A DNA stretch of 64,000 bases from Tubiluchus corallicola (Eukaryota > Animalia > Priapulida). The notes under the pieces are model-generated. The model did not search any database. It was not told where the DNA came from and saw only the letters and a list, made by a program, of their open reading frames with translations. Below are positions 28,401 through 40,400 of the stretch, piece by piece. The DNA lies in NCBI GenBank assembly GCA_030141605.1, contig JAQGDQ010000156.1, positions 124,001 through 188,000 on the forward strand, written 5' to 3'. A program made the position numbers and the translations under genes. Numbering within the stretch: the stretch's first letter is position 1; each line of letters opens with the position of its first letter.

Positions 28401-31400
28401 GCAGCCATGAATCTCGGTTATCCCGAAGGTGCAATTTACGGCACAGATTATCAGATAATGAATCTATTCAGTGGCGATGTTTCGCTGAATGAGGCTGCAG
28501 TCAGGCTGGCAAATATCTGGGCAAAAGTAAACAGAAACAGGAACGTCCGAATATACGTTGTGGGCGTGGCACCATTGGAAAACCGTCTGACGAAAGTGAC
28601 CTATTACATGGCAGTTGACGATCACATGATTCATCCCAGCAACATTCGCGACATCGACAGGGATAGAGTAGCAGCAATAATTAACGATCCGAATTCACCG
28701 CTAATGAATGACTACACGTTTATTCTACGAGGACAATATGATCCAGAAACTATCAACACTTCTCTGGTGCAGACTGAGTTGGGAAAAGTCTGGGAGAAAA
28801 CGAATCCCGGTAAATTAATTGTTTGCTATTTGTCTATTGTTCTCATTTGCGTGCTTGCAAACCAAAATCCCCCAGCGTAGTTAAAAATAAATTATGATGC
28901 TCCAAAGTAGAATGCACCAAAAATTTGGTTAAATGTCAGTTTTTTGTTTTTTATAAAACCAAATGTTAAATATATTGGACTTTTATATTCTAGCAACTAA
29001 TTATCAAGAAAATATTCAAAAATGGCTGAAAATCTAATTTTATAATCCTGTACCTACTTCTCTGGCTAGAAACTAGTACTGCAATTGTAAAAAATCTTTT
29101 ATTTTCAAACTTCGATAGCAGCTTGTGAAAGCAGTCATTTTACTTCGGTTTTTTTTCTGCCAGGCCCAGATCTTTGTCAGGAAGAGCCATCTACAGGATT
29201 TAAACATAACTTCAATGTATTGTGTGCAATCAACATTTGTGCAGAGGGTTTTGTAGAAATGCGACAAAAAACAATAGCTAACTTTGACAGTGATTTTCTC
29301 AAGGTTAAATTTTCCAGTACATAGCATGCATCTCAACTTCAACGTGGATTATCTCAGCTCAGAAATAACATAGAGTGATGAGCTTGGTATCAAAATGATC
29401 CTCATAAAGTGGAGATTCACGATATGTGAATAACTAGAAAAGCTCAATTGCCAACTTACGGACGTTTTTGCTATGCAAGCAGACATTTAGTAGTTTTGTT
29501 CTTAAATAATTTAATAATTTCTCTTAATCAAAAATTCAGATTTTTAGCAAAATTACCAACAAACGTGTGCAATGCAGTGATAATCTGAGTAATCAAAATT
29601 TGCTTGTAGTATCTGTCTTATCTGTTGTTAACTTTATGAACAAACTTCATTGTTTGTTCGTCATCATACATGTGACATTGTGTATTTAAACATTTAATAG
29701 TTTTACAAACATTGAAATGTAATTTATTTTACGAAGATATATCTGCTATGATGATTTTGTTCCTGTGTTTGCTTCCTTTAAACTTTTCTTTCTTGCAGAT
29801 GTTTTAGTGATTGTATACGTCATCGATTTCGAAGATCACGTGCTAAACGACGGGCAGCCGGTTACGGTTATCCGATACATTGTGAACGTCACAAGCAGCG
29901 ACACCAATGAACCGGTAACGGCGGTCAGTCCACCGTCCCGAGAAGATCTGACCAGTATTATTCACGGGATATTCACTTGTGATAGCTGTGAGAACACCGC
30001 ATTGTTTGAACTGTTTGTATCAGCTAACAAATCTGAAATCAGTTTAACTGCAGTAGAACAGGTGAGAAATGTTGTTTTTCAGCTGTGAATGCAATGCTTG
30101 ATAACCTAAGCAGTTTTCTTGGGTGCTATTAGTAATTAAATATTGATGACCTTAAATTTTTAACTGTTGTCAAGACCAGTTTGCCCATGAGCTTGCCAAA
30201 GCATTGCTATTGAACATTTGCTTGTATATATTTATTGCATAAAAATGTTGCATGTGCAAAAGTGCAGTTTGAGAAGCTCAGTCTGGACATCTTTGATCAC
30301 ATTAATTTTGTATATGTCATTTACGTGTACAACTGACCGTAAAAGCTTATCAATGTTTCCCTCTGCATGTACGAATAGGAGAAAAGTGAAAATGAGGCAG
30401 AGAGTAAAAATACTTCTGTTTCTGTCTAATCTCCGAGGTAATAATTTTTCGTCATGCACCCGGCCGGGAATTTTATAATTTTTTTCATACTTTCATATAC
30501 TTACTTGTAGCAGTTACATAAAAGTAATTCTTTATTTTAAAACGTAAAACGCAATAATTATTATAACATCATTCTTTTGCGGAATGCAAGACGTGGCCAT
30601 TTTATATGATGTTCACTGTATTGGAGGCTAAAACGTATGCAATTTTCCGCCATATTGGTGTATTAACGGCCGAATTGTGTTACCGCTTATACCATAATTA
30701 CCAGAACAAAACATACAGAACATAAAAAAGAGACTATACTATAATCGATAATTATACGATAATTTAGTAATGTGAAACTAAGAAACAAAGTGTGAAAAAT
30801 GTGCATAGAAAATATTTAAAACATTACTGCTAACCAATGGGAAATAAACAAACTTTGATTTCAACTGATTTTAAATGTTCCACAATTCAGCTTTAAACAT
30901 TCACAAGGTTTGAAAAAAATTATTTTCCTCTCTCTCCCTACTGACATGTTTTGAGCTCATGAGGTAAGACAGAAACTAATGTTTTTTTGTGACTGGCCTA
31001 ATGCAATATGCAAATGTGGTGTGTACATTTGTGCTCTCAGCATGTCATTGTATTGTATTTCCTAAAAATAATTTGAATTTTTGTTATGAACTGAACGATT
31101 TTGCCCAACCTGTAGCCTGGTATAAACTTACTAATTATAATAGCTTGTGGAATGCTTTTTTTGTTTCTAAAATTATACATTACAGGATTATAGTACTTGA
31201 CTATCATTTTACTATAAATGCTGTACACATATTTTGTTATCGTTTCCACTTAAAATGAGCCCAGTTAAGAAAAATGTCATGCTATAATTAACAGTTGTTT
31301 TATTAGTCCTGCATCCTATTTTATTACTGTTTTTAATCTGTAGGTGCTAAAAGAACTGTGGAGAACTAGCAACATTGACATATTAAGTACAACAGTTTGG

Positions 31401-34400
31401 AGGGTCAACATCACGCGTCTAAGAACTGGACTTCTGGCTGTGGATGGCAGTAACATTGTAGGCATTGACTACATGCTGCAAGTTGCAAAAGTCGACAACT
31501 TGAACGAAACTCTGCAGAAACCGTCAAACGAAGATACGGCGGAAAAGCTGCAAGACATCGGCTTGAAGTGGTATCCGTACGATCAGATCTATTCGGAAGA
31601 GTACCGCATCGAGCATTACATCCGCGGCACTTTGTCCGTATCTCAAGCTGCCGATAAGCTTGCAGATGTTTGGGCTCGCGTACGCGCTAACAGCAGAGTA
31701 GCCGTGTACGTGATGAGTGTTCATGATACCGTAAACGCTCAAGGTGAGATCCTGACTCGCGCTTTGTATTATCTCTCGATTAACGATCGCATCTCACATC
31801 GTAGAAACATCACCGATCTTGAGCACAGCTACGTTCAGGATCAGCTTCTGAAGGAGGAGGTGCGCTCCGCTACGCGAGAAATGCAGGTGAAGCTGTATGG
31901 TCGCCTTGACGACCAAGTGGTCAACCAGACAGTCCAGTTTGCAAAGGTGGCTTGGGAACAAACTAATCCAGGTAAATATAAATGAAGTGAAAAACGTAAC
32001 TGTTGAAATTTGTTTATACACTCTTTAGAGCACTTATTATCATCAAAATTTCTAGCTTCAATATTGTTTATCAATACCGTTTAGAGGCAAAGTAGAGGGA
32101 TGGTGATGTTACCTTGACAATAACAAGTCAATACATTCAAAATTTACGACTCCCTTTTTCGCCTTGAAAAATTAACCAAGCTTAAATATGATGCCATTTA
32201 TGAAAAGCTTCGATGTGGTTTTCTAAAGAAACTCAATCCAAACCATTTGTATGTTTTACATGATTTTGAGGCAGTACAGCATTTTTAGAATTACCTTTGT
32301 TATCATTGATACTAATATCTGTTTATTTTGAAGACAGACCAAACCTGTTTTACTTGTATAAAATGTTGGCTTTGTAGACATCAGCACATGTACAACTGCA
32401 CACACAGGTTAGCCGGACTAATTATTTTGCAAGTGCCCCCAAAAGAACTTGAACAATTGATAAAAAAATTCTGCAATGAAGAATTAAAAAAAGTATGACA
32501 TTTCAGTCTTAGTAGTTGAAGGAAAACGACACTCGTTTGTTATGAGGTTAATATGTTTCATTTCCAAATATGATGTTTTAGGTTCGACAGTTACCATAGC
32601 TCTCAAGAATTTTGAATACCATCTTAATGAAGATGATGAGTATGTGACCGTTGTCCAGTACGTTGTGAGGGTCGACAGAGCCGAGGGAGATCATCGAGCA
32701 GTTAGGGAACCTAGGAGTGCCGTAATGACTGCTGCGCTAAGCCAGGCTGGCCATGTAGTGTGCGACTGCAAAACTTTCAAGGTAAAACGAATTACCAAAA
32801 TGTTTTAGCAACGTAGCAAACTTCTTGTAGCATGAGACAACTTAAGAAAATTGTTAGAGAGTATTTGAAGCTGTGAAACTGACGATGTTTTGAAAATATT
32901 CTTATGGTTTTTAGTTAAATGTCGGTTTTTTTATACAAATCGCTCAGAACAAAAACATTGGCAATCCAAACCTACAGGGATCTACAGGGTAGAAATCGGG
33001 AGATATGAATATGTTAAGAGAAATAGAATTCACAAAACTAACTCGCTAGTGATAGGAGGTTGCTGTTAATATTCTGCTTAAATTGAATCAGGTTGTATTT
33101 GGGAAAGTATTTTCTGGTGGAATTCTACAGATAAGAAGCCCAAGGGAAAAACAGACTTCTTAACAACCTCTAGGAATGTCCACCCCAGGGTAAGCTCAAG
33201 GGAAGATTAACGAAGACCAAATTAACAAAGTTATGTTAACAAAAACTTCTCTTTTGTAGATTTATGAAGTCTTGCTTCTGGAGAACTTTGTGCCCACCTC
33301 AATGGAGGGCATCAGCAGTTTGTTGTCTCACGCTTGGGTTGACAACGTCAATCGTCACCTCCTCTACGTCGACTACAGCTGGGGTTTGTTCACCAAACGA
33401 GTGGATTACGGTTATCTGTCGGACCAGACCGGGGAGAGAATCGTCAAGATCGAGTACGTCCTGATGAAGTTTGAAACAGATGAACATGCTGAAAATCCCC
33501 ACAATTATACTGATCTGACTGATGCACGTGAACCGTCTGTGGAGGACTATGAAGGTAGGGCCATATTATTCTATAGGCTAGTGTAGGCTGCAGCCTAGCG
33601 CCCTCCTGCTTTGGTAAAAAATCTGTTTCTTTACTACGATTGTGTTGAAATATGTGCTAATTTGATTTACAATCAACAGTAAAATAGTGGTATTTCTTAA
33701 AAAATGTTTTTATTGACAAACAAAGGATAGCTACTGCAGTTCATTTGAAGAATTTGCAATATATTTATTTGAAGTTATGTAAATTTCGCTAAAATATATC
33801 ACGATTAAAAAATATTCAAGACAAGTTGGATGAGTTACAGGGTGGCTCCATCTGAAGGTGGTCCCATAATTTAATTAACCTAGGGTCCTCAAAAGGCCAT
33901 AATCCGACCCTGAGTGCAGTATTAATATTTTGTCAATATTCTTCACAACAATTGCATAGGGTCATGTATTAATGGCACTTGAAGTGATGTGAATAACCGA
34001 GTGGTTATAGTATAGTGTTGCGACCTAAGTTAAGCAACACCGAGTTTGGGCATAATGTAAGGTTGGCGACCGAAGTTAAGTAACACCGAACCTGTTCAAT
34101 TAAGATGGGTCTGGTTGGTTTCATTTGCCATACTCATTGTGACTGTTTACCTATTTGTCTCTTAGAGGCAGGTGCATTTGTATCTAAACATGGTTCAGTA
34201 TTTTAGCTTAAAGGATTATCTTTCACAATGAACCGGGCTCTGGTACTGCCACAATTGTCTGCACAATTGTCTGCACTGCACTTTGCTTGCTTAATGTTGG
34301 ATTCCGACTAAGTTATCTTTAAAAATTGTGGCCTTTTCATGATACAAATTGCTAATCATGGCTTAGCAAGAGAACCAATGTAACGGCTAATCAATCAGAA

Positions 34401-37400
34401 AACAGAAAACCCACATTCACCACAACCTCCAATACAAAGTTCTTTAAAGGCAGTTATATCAGATTGTGCAAAGTGTGTGGAGATGGGATGGCAAAAGACC
34501 AAAACCAAAAGGTCATTGAAGACTGACCACACATATAGTTTGAGCCGCTATTAGAAAAGAGACACTGGCTGCTAGGGAAAAAATATTCGTTTACAACCTT
34601 ACATAATATTACATCGGTTTGTAAAATTCCATAGCCTGCAGTACAAAATGACGTGCAGTACAAAATGTTTTTCTTTAAATAAAGAAATATTAATTATTTT
34701 AAAATGATAACATTGTCTGTTTAATTATCATCAGCATTATCTTCTTGCTTAATTGAAATTGGTAATAGATTCGATGCCTCAAAGGTGGATTAATTATTCA
34801 TGCTACCTGCCACCTGGATTTCCTCTAAATAATATATGAACTTACATATTTAATGAACTCTGCTTTGTGTAGTTGTTAAATGAAATCAGAGTGATGTTAG
34901 AGAAACTACAGTGATTGTTACTATCTTGAAATGTTTCTGTTATCAATTAAACAACCTTCTTAATATTTTGAAACAAAGCGCAAAATTGGGATAAAGATTT
35001 TACCAAAATAACTAAGTTCCCGTAATTTCTTACAATGATCAGAAGTGTTATTTCTAACGCAGTGAAACTGAGAACTGTCATTTGTCTTTTCGGTCTTCTA
35101 GAAGCGTTGCAGTCGAGTCATTTGTTCCTGTGTCGTTGTACGGCGGAGACACAAACGGAGGCTCAACCAGAAGCTTACCTGTTTGCTACTCAAGGTGTAG
35201 ATTCAGATGCTAGGAGCAGGGTCATGACAGAGATGCTCAATTTCTATTTTGGCTCGAGTGGTACGTTCGTTTTAAATTCTTGAATAAACGAGTTGGCACA
35301 TAGTGAATTTGATCTGTTACTTTGTCAATATAATAAATGGTAAACTATGCATATTACCAGTGAGCAAAACTTCATTTTTCTTGGAGAATAATTGGAAAAA
35401 ACTTCAAATTTTAGTTGTAGTTTATCCTTATTATATTGGTAACATACGAAAAAAATTAATTTATGTTTAGTTTGTATCGTTAAGTGTCAGTAGTATTTAT
35501 CTGTGATGGATTATTTATACATTTTGTCATCAGTGCATTGTCATTGTGGCATTCGTGTTGTCGTCATTTTGCTTTATTCAAGGAGCATTACTGGTTCAAT
35601 TTTTAATGTAACAATAAATATTCATTATTTTATCAGTGTTCAGATGTTATGGCTTCAAAAAATCAGCTTTTGAAGAAAGTTGTTTTTGACTGTAAATATG
35701 TTAAGCTGTAACCATAAAACTGAAGTGACCACTTGAAAAATGAAGTGACCACTTGAAAATGCCTCGTGAAGCTAGCTCAGAAAAATACCCTGTAATAATC
35801 AGCTGCCATTTGACTGTAAGCTGGTGTTAAACTGGCTAAACAATGATCAGATGTTATTCATGCTTTCTGCAGATTCTGCCAGTGGTCCGGCGACATTTAC
35901 AGAAACCTCCCGTACGCCTTTCGTTGACCCGGAAAGCGGTATCCAGTGGACAAGATACGGTTATGCCGTGCAAGACCGTGGACACAATGTCTATCACTTT
36001 CCCATCAGCTGGAATATTTGGCTTGAACAGTATTTGCCTACGCTAGGGTTTGACCCGTCTCAGTTTGCTCTCGTGACGGATCGTCTTGTACAGTACGGTA
36101 CGTGATGCAACGTTTTCTTTACTTTTTTGGACTTTTGAGTTTTTGAGAACATTGTGTGTTTGTATGGTATGAATTACATAATAAATGAATCCGCAAACAA
36201 ATAATAATATAAAAACTTTCTCACAACTGTGAATGTTATAGATGAAATCAGCTTTCTATTCGACGTATAACAGATATGATTACTACCCATCATGTTTTTA
36301 TGTACATGGGTAGCATAGTGAAATTAAATAAATGCACATAATAAATAAGTAGTACTATAGATAATTAGTAAATGGTGTGTTGGCAGTAGCACTTTCTTGC
36401 TACAGCAATTGTAGCCAGTGGCGTAGCAAGCGCTTGTAGGGCCTGTGGAAAGTAAAACTTCTGGCGCCCTACCCCTTTCATAATGTTTTGCTCATTTGTT
36501 TCATGGTTGAAGCCACAAACTGTGCGCGTTTTTTGCATACTGAGACCCACTTTCCTTTTCAAGATAATGGGATAAACAAGTTTTTTCTAAGAATCATCGG
36601 TACTGCACCAGAATAACTCTTTTCTATGCATTCTCCTATGAAAGTTGCACATCACACGGCAGTGGTTAAACATCCAGCTAGACTAGCTAGAGCATTAAAA
36701 CATGCAAAGATTATGAAAGATAACAGAACATTGTATAAAAATACAATATTTGGCATTTAGAGAATAACGCCACTGTTTCTCCCAAAATTATCGATCTGCT
36801 AAGCCGTGCGCCACCCTTCACACGCCTCTAAGTAACAACATTAGCTTTTTTCCAGGCTGTATGTCGTAACCAAGTCAGCTATGATGATCTGTGACTAGGC
36901 AGTTTCGTTGTAGTTTGAAAACTTTGTAATTGCTAATATCGGATTAGTAATTAATATTAGTAGTCATTAAACTCTAGAAGAATTTTGCACCCTGTCACCT
37001 TTGTGCCGAGAGATGCTTGCCCCCTATCGCCCCCCCCCCCCCTTTGCTATGCCTCTATTTTTGCTTACTGCATATCCTGTATTAAATGTATTAGAAGTGA
37101 TATTCTTTGTTGAATGTATTAACCCAGGGGTGTGCAAATTATCTGACTAGCCGGGCCACATTAAACTTTCCCGCAATTCCTGCGGACCACAGGCAGTTTG
37201 ATCAAGAAGCCAAGTACAGAAAGGCCTAATAACGATTTTTTTGCATCCGACCTGCGTACATCGTTACTACTACACTCAAGAAACTATTTTAGAAGTTATT
37301 AAAATTTATATAACAAACCATATATTTCTACTTCCAGGACAGATAGTGGTAATTTCGTTACAATGCATATTAGTAATGTGTATCACACAGTCTGTGTAGT

Positions 37401-40400
37401 ACAGTGTTATTAAGCTACAACCGTCTTGTAAGGGTTAATGGCATCCGATCTAGTAGAAAAAACTACGTGCACTATCTTTGGGATCGTGGCATGCACTTCA
37501 GCTGGATACACTCAATTAATCGCCCAGGTCGCACTTTCATTAGGTTGACAAATCTTTTCGCTGGCCGCACAAATTCTCTCGGCGGGCCGCAAGTGGCCCG
37601 CGAGCCGCAGTTTGCACACCCCTGTATTAACCTGTGTGCAAATGTCACTGAATTTCTTTTTCTTTTACAGATTTGACTTCAGAAGTTTATGTGCAAGGAA
37701 ACATCAGCTACAACCAAAAAGGTGCGGTTGAAAGAGCCATTAAGACTATAGTGGTGACAGTAACGAATGACGACACGAAAAATGTGACGGTTACAGTTAT
37801 CCGCATGGTACCTTACATTTATTCTAATAGTAAGTAAAATTTTGTAAATCTAAATTCTGTAATTTATCATTTTGAAGACATAACATGATGGCAGTTTTTG
37901 AGTATTTCCTAGAATTTAGTCAATCCTTCAATTTTTGTCGAGAAGTGATCGCTGATCAAATAGATAAAGTATTAATGTTATTGGCTAAATCTTGAGCTCT
38001 GACACCGAAATTGAAACTGAAACAACAGTGCAACTACTTGAGCTCTGACACTGAAATTGAAACTGAAACAACAGTACAACTACTTGAGCTCTGACACCGA
38101 AATTGAAACTGAAACAACAGTGCAACCACTTGAGCTCTGACACTGAAATTGAAACTGAAACAACAGTGCAACTACTTGAGCTCTGACACTGAAATTGAAA
38201 CTGAAACAACAGTGCAACTACTTGAGCTCTGACACTGAAATTGAAACTGAAACAACAGTGCAACTACTTGAGCTCTGACACTGAAATTGAAACTGAAACA
38301 ACAGTGCAACTACTTGAGCTCTGACACTGAAATTGAAACTGAAACAACAGTGCAACTACTTGGGCTCTGACACTGAAATTGAAACTGAAACAACAGTGCA
38401 ACTACTTGAGCTCTGACAATGAAATTGAAACTGAAACAACAGTGCAACTACTTGAGCTCTGACACTGAAATTGAAACTGAAACAACAGTGCAACTACTTG
38501 AGCTCTGACACTGAAATTGAAACTGAAACAACAGTGCAACTACTTGAGCTCTGACACTGAAATTGAAACTGAAACAACAGTGCAACTGCTTGAGCTCTGA
38601 CACTGAAATTGAAACTGAAACAACAGTGCAACTACTTGAGCTCTGACAATGAAATTGAAACTGAAACAACAGTGCAACTACTTGAGCTCTGACACTGAAA
38701 TTGAAACTGAAACAACAGTGCAACTACTTGAGCTCTGACACTGAAATTGAAACTGAAACAACAGTGCAACTACTTGAGCTCTGACACTGAAATTGAAACT
38801 GAAACAACAGTGCAACTACTTGAGCTCTGACACTGAAATTGAAACTGAAACAACAGTGCAACTACTTGAGCTCTGACACTGAAATTGAAACTGAAACAAC
38901 AGTGCAACTACTTGAGCTCTGACACTGAAATTGAAACTGAAACAACAGTGCAACTACTTGAGCTCTGACACTGAAATTGAAACTGAAACAACAGTGCAAC
39001 TACTTGAGCTCTGACACTGAAATTGAAACTGAAACAACAGTGCAACTACTTGAGCTCTGACACACTGAAATTGAAACTGAAACAACAGTGCAACTACTTG
39101 AGCTCTGACACTGAAATTGAAACTGAAACAACAGTGCAACTACTTGAGCTCTGACACTGAAATTGAAACTGAAACAACAGTGCAACTACTTTAGCTCTGA
39201 CACTGAAATTGAAACTGAAACAACAGTGCAACTACTTCAGCTCTGACACTGAAATTGAAACTGAAACAACAGTGCAACTACTTTAGCTCTGACACTGAAA
39301 TTGAAACTGAAACAACAGTGCAACTACTTGAGCTCTGATGCTGAAATTGAAACTGAAACAACAGTGCAACTACTTTAGCTCTGACACTGAAATTGAAACT
39401 GAAACAACAGTGCAACTACTTCAGCTCTGACACTGAAATTGAAACTGAAACAACAGTGCAACTACTTGAGCTCTGACACTCGAATTTTGCTTAATTTGCA
39501 ATTTAACTGTTTTGCACTTAACCTAAATAGCTATGTTTGCATAAAAACTTAAAACAAACAAACTTAATATAAAAATCTCTAGTTTTTTTATGAACAGTAA
39601 CTACAATACTGTTCTTGTCACTTTCATTTACCATTTATTGTTGCTATCCAACTGTTTCTCTTCATAACACCCTTTTTACCTTTACATTTTTATGAACATT
39701 GGACATTTATCATTGTTTACTGTAATAGTTCAAATGTCTTGGAATAGCTTAAGAGATTATCACAATTTTTATAAAAATTCTGTTAAAAACGTTGTCGTTT
39801 TTCTTTCGTGAAATAAGCTTTGTTTTTGTTTTGCACGTGTAGATAATGTGGTGACAAAGATAGTCTACGTACCAATCATTGATGGTCGACCTATTAAGGA
39901 CCTTGCCGTCGATGAGGCAGTTGCTAAGATCGATGAAGGAGGTCTTGTTGGATGTAACTGCTTGCCGTATCAGGTACGACAATTTAGAAATCAATGATTT
40001 ATGAACTCAGGGGCGTTGTGTACTAATGCTAAGCTGTGGCATGCTACGGTCATTGTCTTATATACCTGACATTGATTAATCTTAATGCTTAATCTTCCCT
40101 AGAATATTAAAATGCGACCTACAGTATTTAAAATGATTGCTGCTCAGTTTTTGTAATGATGATTGCTTAAGGAGTAGCTGAGTTGCAATGGTGTATACTT
40201 AATCTTGCTAATGTTGCACCTGGCTAGTAAATGGGTGGGTGTGATTGCTTAAAAACTGCATCTGAGTGGCTTCATCTGCCATATTGTTTTTATTATCTCA
40301 TTAAAGGAGGACATCTGAAAATAGCTAAGACATCTCTCTGTCATTTTACTACCTCACTTCAGAAGATTGCCTTCAAAGTAGACTCTGATGCTGATATAAT

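Noticed and set aside
26482-29342. Similar short ORFs at 26482+ and 29073- as a duplicated small gene
   Set aside because: Both lie within inverted copies of a non-coding MITE-like element and have no recognisable protein features
1415-31985. The 210-340 aa ORFs as a tandem family of separate single-exon genes
   Set aside because: Homology starts at AG acceptors and stops at the NP-G/gt donor; the ORF-track starts and tails are intronic and the phases join into one frame
37990-39480. 46-bp (and 49-bp at 7262-7958) arrays as CRISPR arrays or coding repeats
   Set aside because: Units are head-to-tail with no unique spacers, there are no cas genes and the context is eukaryotic; the minus-strand ORFs are by-products of a period not divisible by 3
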